Source: Defluviicoccus sp.
GTDB lineage: Bacteria > Pseudomonadota > Alphaproteobacteria > MPNO01
Direction of reading: 5' to 3'
DNA: 64,000 nucleotides
Assembly (NCBI GenBank): GCA_028821395.1
Contig: JAPPGP010000186.1
Span: forward strand, 12,114 to 76,113
Part shown: piece after piece, positions 1 to 9,690 of the stretch
Numbering within the stretch: the stretch's first letter is position 1
Layout: every line of letters begins with the position of its first letter
Program-made: the position numbers and the translations under genes
Notes under the pieces: model-generated
What the model was told of the DNA's origin: nothing
Databases searched by the model: none
The model's input: the letters and a program-made list of their open reading frames with translations, nothing else

Positions 1-1632
1 CCGGCCGCGCGGCGCGCCTACCCGGACTTCCGCGACCATATCCGCGCGCTCGACCGGGCGGGCCTCCTGTTCCGCGTCGACGAGCCGATCGACAAGGATG
101 CCGAGATGCATCCGCTGGTCCGCTGGCAGTTTCGCGGGGGGTTGCGGGAAGACCAGCGCAAGGCCTTCCTGTTCTCCAACATCGGCGACGCGAAAGGCCG
201 GCGTTACGACATGCCCGTCGTCATCGGCGCGCTTGCCGCGAGCGCCCGGATCTACGCCATCGGCATGGGCGTGCCGGTGGACAAGATCGGCGAGCGCTGG
301 ACCGAGGCGATCGCCCATCCGATCCCGCCCGTCCAGGTGGCGCGCGCGCCTTGCCAGGAGGCGGTGGTGGAGGGCGACGCGCTGCGCGGCGAGGGGCGGG
401 GGCTCGATGCGCTTCCGGTGCCGATCTCGACCCCCGGCTTCGACGCCGCGCCCTATTTCACCGCGACCGGCTGCGTCACCCGGAACCCCGAGACCGGGGT
501 GCAGAACATGGGGACCTACCGGGCCGGGCTGAAGGCGCCGGACCGGCTCGCGGTCCGCATGGCGACGCGGTCGGGCGGCGCCGAGGGCTATCGGCACTGG
601 CTGCAATACCGGGAGCGCGGCGAGGAGATGCCCTGCGCCATCGTCCTCGGCCCGCCGCCGGCGGTCGCCTATTGCGCGCCCCAGAAGCTGCAGATGGGGC
701 TCGACGAGGTGGCGGTGGCGGGGGGGATCGCCGGCGCCCCGATCGATGTCGTGCGCTGCCGGACGGTGGATCTCACGGTGCCCGCCGATTCGGAAATCGT
801 CATCGAGGGCCTGATCGACACCGAGCTCGTCGAGCCGGAGGCGCCGTTCGGCGAGAGCCACGGCCATGTCGCGCTCGAGGACTACAACATGATCATGCGG
901 GTGAGCGCGATCACCCACCGTCGCGGCGCCATCCTGCCCTCGATCATCAGCCAGGTGACGCCGTCCGAATCGAGCGTCATCAAGCGCGTTGCCTACGAGC
1001 CCCTGTTCCTCACCCACCTGACCGAGCGTCTCGGCATCAAGGGTGTCAGGCGGGTGGTCATGCACGAGCCGCTGACCAATATCCGCCGGGTGATCTTCGT
1101 CCAGTTCGAGCGCGGCGTGCCGCGGACCGAGGTGTGGCGGGCACTCTACGGGGCTTCGACGCTGCAATCGGCCTGCGGGAAGTACGTCGTCGCGGTGTCC
1201 GACGACATCGATCCCGAGAACGCCGACGCCGTCTGGTGGTCGATCGCCTACCGCGCCAACCCGCGCGAGGACTCGGCCGTGCTCGACCATCGCCACCGCG
1301 GCCATGGGCCGAAGACGGAAGACCCGGACTTCGAGGACTCGACGCTGCTGATCGACGCCACGCTCAAGGGCGACATGCCGCCTGTCGCGCTTCCCCGCGA
1401 GGCGTTTATGCAGCGTGCGCGAAAGATCTGGGAACGCCTGGATTTGCCGCCGCTCAACCCCGAGAGCCCGTGGGCGGGGTATTCGCTGGGCGACTGGGAG
1501 GAGCGCTGGGAACAGGCAGCCGCGCGTGCCGTCGCGGGCGATTATCTGGAGAACGGCCGGCTGACCGCGCAGCGCCGGCGCCGCGCGGTCGAGCCCGAGA
1601 CCCCGGTCCGCTGGGTCGAGGGCGATGTCTGA
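1..1632 (+). CDS. UbiD-family (prFMN-dependent) decarboxylase, paralog 1 (5' end truncated by window edge)
   Basis: Frame open from base 1 (PAARRAYPDFRDHIRALDRAGLLFRVDEPIDKDAEMHPLVRWQF); UbiD motifs QNMGTYR, VPADSEIVIEG, PEAPFGESHGH, VVAVSDDIDP, LLIDAT. Confidence 0.9.
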   Translation, partial: PAARRAYPDFRDHIRALDRAGLLFRVDEPIDKDAEMHPLVRWQFRGGLREDQRKAFLFSNIGDAKGRRYDMPVVIGALAASARIYAIGMGVPVDKIGERWTEAIAHPIPPVQVARAPCQEAVVEGDALRGEGRGLDALPVPISTPGFDAAPYFTATGCVTRNPETGVQNMGTYRAGLKAPDRLAVRMATRSGGAEGYRHWLQYRERGEEMPCAIVLGPPPAVAYCAPQKLQMGLDEVAVAGGIAGAPIDVVRCRTVDLTVPADSEIVIEGLIDTELVEPEAPFGESHGHVALEDYNMIMRVSAITHRRGAILPSIISQVTPSESSVIKRVAYEPLFLTHLTERLGIKGVRRVVMHEPLTNIRRVIFVQFERGVPRTEVWRALYGASTLQSACGKYVVAVSDDIDPENADAVWWSIAYRANPREDSAVLDHRHRGHGPKTEDPDFEDSTLLIDATLKGDMPPVALPREAFMQRARKIWERLDLPPLNPESPWAGYSLGDWEERWEQAAARAVAGDYLENGRLTAQRRRRAVEPETPVRWVEGDV

Positions 1633-3259
1633 GCGCGGCTATCCCGACCTGCACGACCACATCGCCGCGCTGGACGAGGCCGGGCTGCTGGTCCGCGTCG
1701 ACCGCGAGATCAACAAGGACACCGAGATGCACCCGCTGGTCCGCTGGCAATTTCGCGGCGGCATCCCGGAGCCCGAGCGCAAGGCGTTCCTGTTCACCAA
1801 CGTGGTGGATTCGCGGGGCCGCCGCTACGACATCCCGGTGATCGTCGGCGGGCTGGCGGCGAGCCGGGAGATCTACCGCCGCGGCATCGGCTGCGAGCTT
1901 GAGCAGATCGAGGAACGCTGGGCGGAGGCGATCGCCAACCCGATCCCGCCGCGCGAGATCGCGGACGCGCCGTGCCACGAGCTGGTGTTTACCGGCGAGG
2001 CGTTGAATGCCGCGGGCAACGCGCTCGACGGTATCCCGGTGCCGATCTCGACCCCGGGCTGGGACAACGCGCCCTATACGACGCTGTCGCAATACATCAC
2101 CCGGGATCCCGACACCGGCATCCAGAACATGGGCAACTATCGCGGCCAGGTGAAGGCGCCGCGCCGTCTCGGCATGAACCCCTCGCTCGAGCTGCGGCCC
2201 GGGATCTACGCCCATTGGCAGAAATACCGGGCGCGCGGCGAGCCCATGCCGGCGGCCGTGGTGCTCGGCGCGCCGCCCTGCGTCACCTTCACCTCGACGC
2301 TGAAATTGCCGGAGACGGTCTGCGAGTTCGACATCGCGGGCGGGCTGGTGGGCCACCCGCTGAACGTGGTCAGGGCCAGGACTGTGGACCTGCTGGTCCC
2401 GGCGGAGGCCGAGATCGTCGTCGAGGGGTTCATCGACACCGAGTACCTGGAGCCCGAGGCGCCGTTCGGCGAGAGCCACGGCCACGTGAACTTGCAGGAG
2501 TTCAACGCCTTCATGGACGTGACCGCGGTGACCCGGCGGCGGAATGCGGTGCTGACCTCGATCGTCAGCCAGGTGACGCCGTCCGAATCGAGCACCATAA
2601 AGCGGGTGGCGATGGAGCCCCTCTTCCTCGCCCATCTCAGGGACGCGCTCGGCATCAAGGGGGTGCTCCGGGTCGGCATGCACGAGCCGCTGACCAATAT
2701 CCGCAAGGTGATCGTGGTCCAGGTCGAGCGCGAGACGCCGCGCACCGAGATCTGGCGCGCGCTCTACGGCGCGGCATCGCTGCACCGCGCGGCCGGGAAG
2801 TACGTGATCGCGGTCAACGAGGACATCGACCCGGACAACGCCGATGCGCTGTTCTGGGCGATGGCCTACCGCGCCAACCCCGCTCTCGACCTCGAAGTAC
2901 TGGGCCACCGCGACCAGGGCCACGGCCCGCGCAGCCTGCGCAACGACGGCGAGGATGCGAGCGTGCTGATCGACGCGACGCTGAAGGAGGATTTCCCGCC
3001 GATCTCGCTGCCCAAGCGCGAGTTCATGGAGAACGCAAGGGAAATCTGGGAGGAGCTCGGCCTGCCGCCGATCAAGCCGGAGACGCCGTGGCACGGCTAC
3101 AGCCTCGGCGAGTGGTCCGACGAGTTCGATCGCGCGGCCGAGCTGGCGACGCAGGGGGATTACTTCGAGACCGGCCGCATCATCGCCCAGCGGCGGCGCA
3201 AGGACGTGGAGATGAACACCGAGGTGCGCCGGGTGAAAGGGGAAGGCGAACGCGGCTAG
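1625..3259 (+). CDS. UbiD-family decarboxylase, paralog 2
   Basis: YPDLHDHIAALDEAGLLVRVDREI, QNMGNYR, PAEAEIVVEG, PEAPFGESHGH, IAVNEDIDP; start overlaps the end of paralog 1. Confidence 0.92.
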   Translation: MSERGYPDLHDHIAALDEAGLLVRVDREINKDTEMHPLVRWQFRGGIPEPERKAFLFTNVVDSRGRRYDIPVIVGGLAASREIYRRGIGCELEQIEERWAEAIANPIPPREIADAPCHELVFTGEALNAAGNALDGIPVPISTPGWDNAPYTTLSQYITRDPDTGIQNMGNYRGQVKAPRRLGMNPSLELRPGIYAHWQKYRARGEPMPAAVVLGAPPCVTFTSTLKLPETVCEFDIAGGLVGHPLNVVRARTVDLLVPAEAEIVVEGFIDTEYLEPEAPFGESHGHVNLQEFNAFMDVTAVTRRRNAVLTSIVSQVTPSESSTIKRVAMEPLFLAHLRDALGIKGVLRVGMHEPLTNIRKVIVVQVERETPRTEIWRALYGAASLHRAAGKYVIAVNEDIDPDNADALFWAMAYRANPALDLEVLGHRDQGHGPRSLRNDGEDASVLIDATLKEDFPPISLPKREFMENAREIWEELGLPPIKPETPWHGYSLGEWSDEFDRAAELATQGDYFETGRIIAQRRRKDVEMNTEVRRVKGEGERG

Positions 3260-3306
3260 CGTTCCAATCGAGAAGCTCTTGTCCATTCGCACAACGCCCC
3301 CACCAC

Positions 3307-3399
3307 GTCATGGCCGGACTTGATCCGGCCATCCATCCGCTTGCCCGGCGACGGGCGGACCTTGCGGAGAGAGATGCCCGGATCAAGTCCGGGCATGAC
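3307..3399. repeat. REP doublet (REPIN/RIME-like) element, copy 1
   Basis: GTCATGGCCGGACTTGATCCGGCCATCC ... GATGCCCGGATCAAGTCCGGGCATGAC: two palindromic units in inverted orientation; related copies at 6469, 16123 and 47236. Confidence 0.85.
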
Positions 3400-3565
3400 A
3401 TGCGAGGGGAAAGGCGCGGCCAGAGAGACCGCAAACCGGCCCGACCACGGCGAGTGAACTGTGGAAGGGGGCTATCAGGCGGCCCAGTCCCGTGCTGCCG
3501 CCGCTGGACAAGGCCGGCGCCGCGCGGCTAGACCCTGTGCGACACGTCCGGCCCGGGAGGAGCGA

Positions 3566-4648
3566 TTGGCTGACTTCGCGACACTGCACGAGATCGTCGC
3601 CGCCGCGCGCGGCAACCTGTCGGATGGCGCGTGGGACTATCTGACCGGCGGCGCCGAGACCGAGACCTCGCTGCTGCGCAACCGGCTGGGGCTCGATTCG
3701 ATCGCGTTCAGGCCGCGCGTGCTCAACGACGTGAGCGCCATCGACCTCTCGGGGACGATCGCCGGTCACGCGGTGCGGCTCCCCGTGTCGCTCGCGCCGA
3801 TGGGCTCGCTCGAGCTCCTCCATCCCGACGGCTCGATGGCGGTCGCGAGGGCGGCGGAGGCCTTCGGCACCGTCTCATATCTGAGCTCGGTGACCCATCC
3901 CGGATTGGAAGCCGTCGCCAAGGGCACCGGCCATCCGAAGGTGTACCAGCTCTACGTCCGCGGCGGCCGCGATTCGGTCGCCGAAGTTGCGAAGCAAGCG
4001 ATGTCCGCCGGCTACACCGCTTTCTGCCTCACCGTCGACGTGGCCGTCTATTCGCGCCGCGAGCGCGACCTGATCAAGCGCTACGTGCCGACCGCGCGCC
4101 GTTCGGCCAGCGGCGAAGGAATGGAGTACCAGGCCAGGCTCGACTGGGATCTGGTCAAGTGGTTCAAGGACTCCTTCGACATCCCGCTCCAGATCAAGGG
4201 GGTCGCGACGGCCGAGGACGCGGCGCTCTGCATCGAGCACGGCGTCGACACGGTCTACGTCTCGAACCACGGCGGGCGGCAGCTCGACCACGGAAGGGCG
4301 ACCATCGACATGCTCCCGGAGGTGGTTGAAGCGGTCGGCGGCCAGGCGGAGATCGTCGTCGACGGCGGCTTCATGCGCGGCGCCGACATCGTCAAGGCGA
4401 TCGCCCGGGGGGCCGATTCGGTCGCTATCGGCAAGCTGCAGGGCTTCGGCCTCGCCGCCGCCGGCATGACCGGGATCGTCCGCGTCCTCGAGCTCCTGGA
4501 AGAGGAGATGCGCATCTCCATGGGGCTGATGGGCCTCACCCGGCTCGACCGGCTCGACGGGAGCTTCCTCCACCCCGCCCCGCCGGTGCGCGAACCCTCG
4601 GTATTGTCCGCCTTTCCCTTTCTCACCCTCAGGTCACCGGAGTATTGA
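3566..4648 (+). CDS. FMN-dependent alpha-hydroxy-acid oxidase/dehydrogenase (LldD/MdlB/glycolate oxidase family)
   Basis: WDYLTGGAETE, FRPRVL, LTVD, IKG, VSNHGGRQLD, VDGGFMRGADIVKA; TTG start at 3566 after GGAGGAG. Confidence 0.92.
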   Translation: MADFATLHEIVAAARGNLSDGAWDYLTGGAETETSLLRNRLGLDSIAFRPRVLNDVSAIDLSGTIAGHAVRLPVSLAPMGSLELLHPDGSMAVARAAEAFGTVSYLSSVTHPGLEAVAKGTGHPKVYQLYVRGGRDSVAEVAKQAMSAGYTAFCLTVDVAVYSRRERDLIKRYVPTARRSASGEGMEYQARLDWDLVKWFKDSFDIPLQIKGVATAEDAALCIEHGVDTVYVSNHGGRQLDHGRATIDMLPEVVEAVGGQAEIVVDGGFMRGADIVKAIARGADSVAIGKLQGFGLAAAGMTGIVRVLELLEEEMRISMGLMGLTRLDRLDGSFLHPAPPVREPSVLSAFPFLTLRSPEY

Positions 4649-4651
4649 GCG

Positions 4652-6454
4652 ATGAACATGCTGCAATTCGACCGCCCGGAGCTCGGCGGCAACCGCCAGA
4701 TGGAATGGACCAGCGACGTCGCGGCCGAGATGCTGCGCCGGCTCGGCATCAAGTACGTCTCGCTCAACCCGGGCGCCAGCTATCGCGGGTTCCACGATTC
4801 GATCGTGAACTATCTCGGCAACGAAGACCCGCAGATGCTGCTCTGCCTGCACGAGGACCACGCGGTCTCGATCGCCCATGGCTACGCCAAGGTGACCGAC
4901 GAGCCGATGGGGGCGATCGTCCATTCCAATGTCGGGCTGATGCACGGTCTGATGGCGATGTTCAACGCCTGGTGCGACCGTGCGCCGGTCTATGTCATGG
5001 GCGCGACCGGGCCGGTCGATGCGCCCTTGCGCAGGCCGTGGATCGACTGGATCCACACCGCCAAGGACCAGGGCATGATGCTCAGGAATTTCGTCAAGTG
5101 GGACGACGAGCCGCGCTCGGCGGAAGCGATCGTCGAGACCATGCTGCGCGCAGGCATCATGGCGAAGACGCCGCCCCGCGGCCCGGTCTATATCTGCCTC
5201 GACGCGGGGCTCCAGGAGACCAGGCTCGCCGGCGAGGTGACGATCCCGGACGCCGCGCGCTTCGAGGCGCCGGAGACGCCGCACGCCTCCTCCGACGCGG
5301 TGGCCCGGGCGGCGGACACGCTGGTCGCCGCCGAGCGCCCGGTGATGATGGTCGGGCGGGTCTCGCGCAGCCGGGCGGGCTGGGATTGCCGCGTTCGTCT
5401 CGCCGAGATGCTGGGCGCGCGCGTGGTGACCGACCTCAAGACGTCCGCTTCCTTCCCGACCGGCCACCCGCTGCACGCCGGCCCGCCGTCGAACTGGGTG
5501 CGCGGCCCGGGCGAGGACCTCGTGCGCGAGGCGGACGCGCTTCTCGTGCTCGACTGGATCGACCTCGCCGGCACCTTCAAGGCGCTCGGCCTCGGATACG
5601 GGGTCGAGGCGCGGGTGATCGACGTGACGCTCGACTCCTACGTCCATAACGGCTGGTCGATGGACCATTTCGGGCTGGCCGTCGGCGACCAGCGCCTGCT
5701 CGCGGATCCGGACGCGTTCGCGGCCCAGCTCCTCGCCGCGGTCGAGGACAGGTTGGGCGGGCAGCCGAAATTCGCCGGCGGCGATCCGGTGCCGTTCGCC
5801 GAGCCGGAGGTCAAGGATTCGTCCGCGCCGATCGCGCCGCGCGACATCGCGGGCGCGCTCAACCGGGTCAAGGGGGAGAGGAAGATCACCCTCACCCGGG
5901 TGCCGCTCGGCTGGGCCGGCGATTCGTACCACTTCGCCGAGCCGCTCGATTACCTTGGCAACGATGGCGGCGGCGGGCTGGGCTCCGGCCCCGGCAACGC
6001 CATCGGGGCCGGGCTCGCGCTGATGGAATCGGGTCGGGTGCCGGTCGCGATCCTCGGCGACGGCGACTTCATGCAGGGCGGCTCGGCGCTCTGGACCGCC
6101 GCGCATTACAAAATCCCGGTGCTGTTCGTGGTGTCCAACAACCGGTCCAACTTCAACGACGAGGTCCATCAGGAGGCCATGGCGAAGGAGCGCAACCGGC
6201 CGGTGGAGAACCGCTGGATCGGCCAGCGCATCGACGACCCGGCGATCGACCTCGCCGGCTATGCGCGGTCCCAGGGCGTCGACGCGGCGGGCCCGGTCGA
6301 GACCGCGGGCGCGCTGCCGGCGGCGCTCGATGCCGCGATTGCGGCGGTCGAAAGCGGCAAGCCCTTCCTGCTCGACGTCGTGGTCCAGCCGGGCTACAGC
6401 GCGCCGATGGTGACCCGCGCGAGCGGCGAAGCGTCCACCGGCACGGCGAGCTGA
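4652..6454 (+). CDS. ThDP-dependent enzyme (benzoylformate decarboxylase/acetolactate synthase-like family)
   Basis: LNPGASYRG, CLHEDHAVSIAHGYAK (catalytic Glu), GDGDF...NN ThDP-binding motif. Confidence 0.88.
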   Translation: MNMLQFDRPELGGNRQMEWTSDVAAEMLRRLGIKYVSLNPGASYRGFHDSIVNYLGNEDPQMLLCLHEDHAVSIAHGYAKVTDEPMGAIVHSNVGLMHGLMAMFNAWCDRAPVYVMGATGPVDAPLRRPWIDWIHTAKDQGMMLRNFVKWDDEPRSAEAIVETMLRAGIMAKTPPRGPVYICLDAGLQETRLAGEVTIPDAARFEAPETPHASSDAVARAADTLVAAERPVMMVGRVSRSRAGWDCRVRLAEMLGARVVTDLKTSASFPTGHPLHAGPPSNWVRGPGEDLVREADALLVLDWIDLAGTFKALGLGYGVEARVIDVTLDSYVHNGWSMDHFGLAVGDQRLLADPDAFAAQLLAAVEDRLGGQPKFAGGDPVPFAEPEVKDSSAPIAPRDIAGALNRVKGERKITLTRVPLGWAGDSYHFAEPLDYLGNDGGGGLGSGPGNAIGAGLALMESGRVPVAILGDGDFMQGGSALWTAAHYKIPVLFVVSNNRSNFNDEVHQEAMAKERNRPVENRWIGQRIDDPAIDLAGYARSQGVDAAGPVETAGALPAALDAAIAAVESGKPFLLDVVVQPGYSAPMVTRASGEASTGTAS

Positions 6455-6468
6455 GGCGGCGCTGATTC

Positions 6469-6601
6469 GTCGTGCCGGGACTTGCCCCGGATCACAGTCC
6501 GGGGCTTGATCCGGGCATGCATGGGCGCCGCCACCCGTCCCGTCGGACCGTCCTGCGGGCGGAGAGGCCGCGTGGATGGCCGGATCAAGTCCGGCCATGA
6601 C
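6469..6601. repeat. REP doublet element, copy 2, with a nested palindrome in its left arm
   Basis: GTCGTGCCGGGACTTG-[CCCCGGATCACAGTCCGGGG]-CTTGATCCGGGCATGC ... GGATGGCCGGATCAAGTCCGGCCATGAC; lies between convergent genes. Confidence 0.85.
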
Positions 6602-6664
6602 GTGGTGGAGGCACGGCGGAGGTGTGATTGGGAACTTCCGATGCCGCACACCGGCGGCCAAGGC

Positions 6665-7741
6665 TCAAAGCCGGATCTCCTCCCCCAGCAGGGGAAACGC
6701 GCCGAGCTCGGTCGCTTCGGTGACCGCTGGCGCCTCGGTGACGTAGCGGGGGTTGAGCTCCGCGAGGCTGGTGACGCCGATCAGACCCATCGCGTTGTGC
6801 ATCTCGGCCTCCAGGATCTCCAGCGCGCGGATCAGGGTGGCGGTACCGCCGACGGCGAGCGCCCAGGCCTGGAGCCGGCCGATGGCCACGGCATCGGCCC
6901 CGAGCGCCAGCGCCTTGAGCACGTCGGTGCCCCTCGCGATGCCGGAATCGAGCACGATCTCCGCCCTTCCGTCGACCGCCGCCACCACCTCGCGAAGAAT
7001 GTCCACCGTGCCCTGGCCGTGGTCGAGCTGGCGCCCGCCGTGATTGGAGACGTAGACGACGTCGATCCCGTGCTCGACCGCCATCTCGGCGTCCTCGGCG
7101 GTCTGGATTCCCTTGAGGATGAAGGGAAGCCCGCCATGCTCCTTCATCATCGCCATGGTCTCCCAGGTGATTCTGGCCTGCCATTCGCGCCCGGTCTGGG
7201 TGCGGACGCTGGGCGGCAGCCAGCGGGTGAGGAGCTGGCGCTCGCGGCGGCCGTAATGCGCCGAATCGACGGTCAGCGCCAGCGCCGCATAGCCCGCGTC
7301 GCGGGCGCGCGCGACGAGGTCGCGGATCCAGTGCTCGTCGCCCCGGATGTAGATCTGGAAGATCTTCGGGTGGTCGACCGAGTCCGCGATCTCCTCAAGG
7401 CCCGGCTGGGTCACGGTCGAGACCATCTGCAGCGTGCCGAAGGCGGCCGCCGCCCGGGCGACGGCAATCGCGCCGTCCGGCACAATAGTCTGCAGCGAGC
7501 CGATCGGGGCCAGCAGCACCGGGATGCGCAGATTGTGGCCGAGCAGGCTTCCGCTCACGTCGATGTCCGAGACGTCGCGCAGCACCCGCGGGCGAAAGGC
7601 GATGCAGTCGAGCGCGCGCCGGTTGCGCCGCATCGTGGTCTCGGTCTCGGCGGCGCCGGTGATGTAGTTCCAGACCGGCTGGCTGACGCTCGCGCGCGCG
7701 GCGCGGACGATCTCGTGCGTGGTCTCGAAACGCTCGCTCAT
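6665..7741 (-). CDS. FMN-dependent alpha-hydroxy-acid oxidase/dehydrogenase, second paralog
   Basis: MSERFETTHEIV..WNYITGAAETE, FRPRVLRD, ILKG, VSNHGGRQLD, LDSGIARGTDVLKALALGA. Confidence 0.92.
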   Translation of the reverse strand: MSERFETTHEIVRAARASVSQPVWNYITGAAETETTMRRNRRALDCIAFRPRVLRDVSDIDVSGSLLGHNLRIPVLLAPIGSLQTIVPDGAIAVARAAAAFGTLQMVSTVTQPGLEEIADSVDHPKIFQIYIRGDEHWIRDLVARARDAGYAALALTVDSAHYGRRERQLLTRWLPPSVRTQTGREWQARITWETMAMMKEHGGLPFILKGIQTAEDAEMAVEHGIDVVYVSNHGGRQLDHGQGTVDILREVVAAVDGRAEIVLDSGIARGTDVLKALALGADAVAIGRLQAWALAVGGTATLIRALEILEAEMHNAMGLIGVTSLAELNPRYVTEAPAVTEATELGAFPLLGEEIRL

Positions 7742-7833
7742 GGGTTGCTCCGGTGGTTGGGTCGGGCGGCGCCGTTGACAGTGGCCGCGCCAGCGACGAA
7801 ACATGATCCCACGCGGGCGCGGTGCGGAGAACC

Positions 7834-8640
7834 ATGGCCAATATTCTGGAGATTTCCGAGGTCTCCAAGACCTACGACGCCGACACGGAGAACCCGGTCC
7901 AGGCGCTCGACCGGGTCACGCTCGACGTGGCCCAGGGGGAGTTCGTCTCGGTGATCGGCCCGAGCGGCTGCGGCAAGTCGACCCTGTTCAACATCGTCGG
8001 CGGGCTGATCGGCCAGTACGAGGGCAGCGTGCGCATCGACGGGCGCCCGGTCGACGGCGCGCATCGCGATGTCGGCGTCGTGTTCCAGGAGGAATCGACC
8101 TTTCCCTGGCGCACCACGCTCGACAACGTCGCCTTCCCGCTCGAGGTCCAGGGCATGGCCAAGGGCGAGCGCGAGGAAAAGGCGCGGAAATTCGTCAGCC
8201 TGGTCGGTCTCGAAGGGTTCGAGAACCACTACCCGGCGCAGCTCTCGGGCGGGATGAAGCAGCGCACGGCGGTGGCGCGGACGCTCGCCTACGAGCCGCG
8301 CATCATGCTGCTCGACGAGCCGTTCGGCGCGCTCGACGAGCAGACGCGCATGCTGCTCGGCGACAAGATGCTGGAGATCTGGGCGGCGCTCAACCAGACC
8401 ATGCTGCTGATCACCCACAACATCACCGAGGCGGTGCAGCTGTCCGACCGGGTGGTGGTGATGTCGTTCCGCCCTGGCAAGATCAAGGAAGTCATCTCGG
8501 TCGACCTGCCGCGTCCGCGCTCCTCGGAGGTGATTTCGACGCCCAGATTCGGCGAGTATGTCGGCCGGCTGTGGACTCTGCTGCGCGAGGAGGCATCGCG
8601 CGGCATGGTCGAGGCCGAAGCCCGGCTCGCCGCGGGGTAG
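7834..8640 (+). CDS. ABC transporter ATP-binding protein (SsuB/TauB/NrtD-like)
   Basis: Walker A GPSGCGKST, LSGGMKQR signature, LLDEPFGALD, ITH. Confidence 0.95.
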   Translation: MANILEISEVSKTYDADTENPVQALDRVTLDVAQGEFVSVIGPSGCGKSTLFNIVGGLIGQYEGSVRIDGRPVDGAHRDVGVVFQEESTFPWRTTLDNVAFPLEVQGMAKGEREEKARKFVSLVGLEGFENHYPAQLSGGMKQRTAVARTLAYEPRIMLLDEPFGALDEQTRMLLGDKMLEIWAALNQTMLLITHNITEAVQLSDRVVVMSFRPGKIKEVISVDLPRPRSSEVISTPRFGEYVGRLWTLLREEASRGMVEAEARLAAG

Positions 8641-8700
8641 GGGAGGTTTCGCACGCGGCTTTCGGATAGACTGCCGCGGCTTCAAGTCAGGAGGGAACCA

Positions 8701-9666
8701 ATGGCTCGATATGTGAAGACGGCGGCGCTCGCCGTCATGGCGGCTGCGGTGGTTGCCGCGCCCGCTTCCGCGCTCGACAAGATCCGCATGGTCAACAGCA
8801 CCAAGGTGGTGTTCGAGACCGAGCATCCATACTCCGCCAAGGAGAACGGGATCTTCGAGAAATACGGGCTCGACGTCTCGATCATCCACGGCTCGGGCGG
8901 CGCGGCGTCGCTCCAGGCGGTGATCACCGGGAGCCAGGACGTGGTCTGGGGCAACGGCGTGCTCGGCGTGGTCTCCGCCTACTCCAAGGGCGCGCCGGTC
9001 CGCGTGCTGGGCAGCAACATCCGGGGCGTGCCCGACCTCTACTGGTATGTGAAGACCGACAGCCCGATCAAGAGCTTCAAGGACCTCAAGGCGAGCGACG
9101 AGTTCGTCTATTCCAGGCCCGGCTCGACCACCAACCTCGCCGTCCTGTTCATCAAGGAGGCGCTCAACATCCCGGCCAAGGCGGTGTCGGTCGGCGGGCC
9201 GTCGGGCTCGCGCACCCAGCTGATGTCGGGGCAAGTCGCCACCGGCTGGTCGGTCTTCCCGCTCAACAAGGGGCTGGTACGCGAGAAGAAGATCCGCATC
9301 ATCGGCACCGGAGCGGCGGCCGCCGCGCTGACCGGCACCACCATCCGGGTGATCGCGGCCAACGTGAACTGGCTCGAGAAGAACCGCGACGCGGCCAAGC
9401 GCCTGATGGCGGCGCTGATGGAGGGCCAGGCGCGCAGCTATACGAGCGACGAGCAGCTCCAGGCCTATGCCAAGCGCTGGAAGCTCAACTACGAGGACAT
9501 CAAGACGGCGCCGATGGATACGCCGCTCGCGCTGTCGACCTTCCTGCCGGTCTCCGGGCTCGACAACATCAACCGGATCGCGCTCAAGGAGAAGAAGATC
9601 AAGAAGCTGCTCACCGCGGAGCAGCTCAAGGAGCTGGTGCACCCGATGGGCAACAAGCCGATCTAG
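8701..9666 (+). CDS. ABC transporter substrate-binding protein (SsuA/NMT1/THI5-like)
   Basis: Signal peptide; AKENGIFEKYGLDV, GGAASLQAVITG, RPGSTTN; strong GGAGG RBS. Confidence 0.9.
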   Translation: MARYVKTAALAVMAAAVVAAPASALDKIRMVNSTKVVFETEHPYSAKENGIFEKYGLDVSIIHGSGGAASLQAVITGSQDVVWGNGVLGVVSAYSKGAPVRVLGSNIRGVPDLYWYVKTDSPIKSFKDLKASDEFVYSRPGSTTNLAVLFIKEALNIPAKAVSVGGPSGSRTQLMSGQVATGWSVFPLNKGLVREKKIRIIGTGAAAAALTGTTIRVIAANVNWLEKNRDAAKRLMAALMEGQARSYTSDEQLQAYAKRWKLNYEDIKTAPMDTPLALSTFLPVSGLDNINRIALKEKKIKKLLTAEQLKELVHPMGNKPI

Positions 9667-9690
9667 CTCGCCGCCCACGGACGGCGCGGG

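Noticed and set aside
4646-4654. In-frame TGA-GCG-ATG between the hydroxy-acid dehydrogenase and the ThDP enzyme as possible read-through
   Set aside because: Both flanking proteins are complete members of unrelated families; no Cys-motif context
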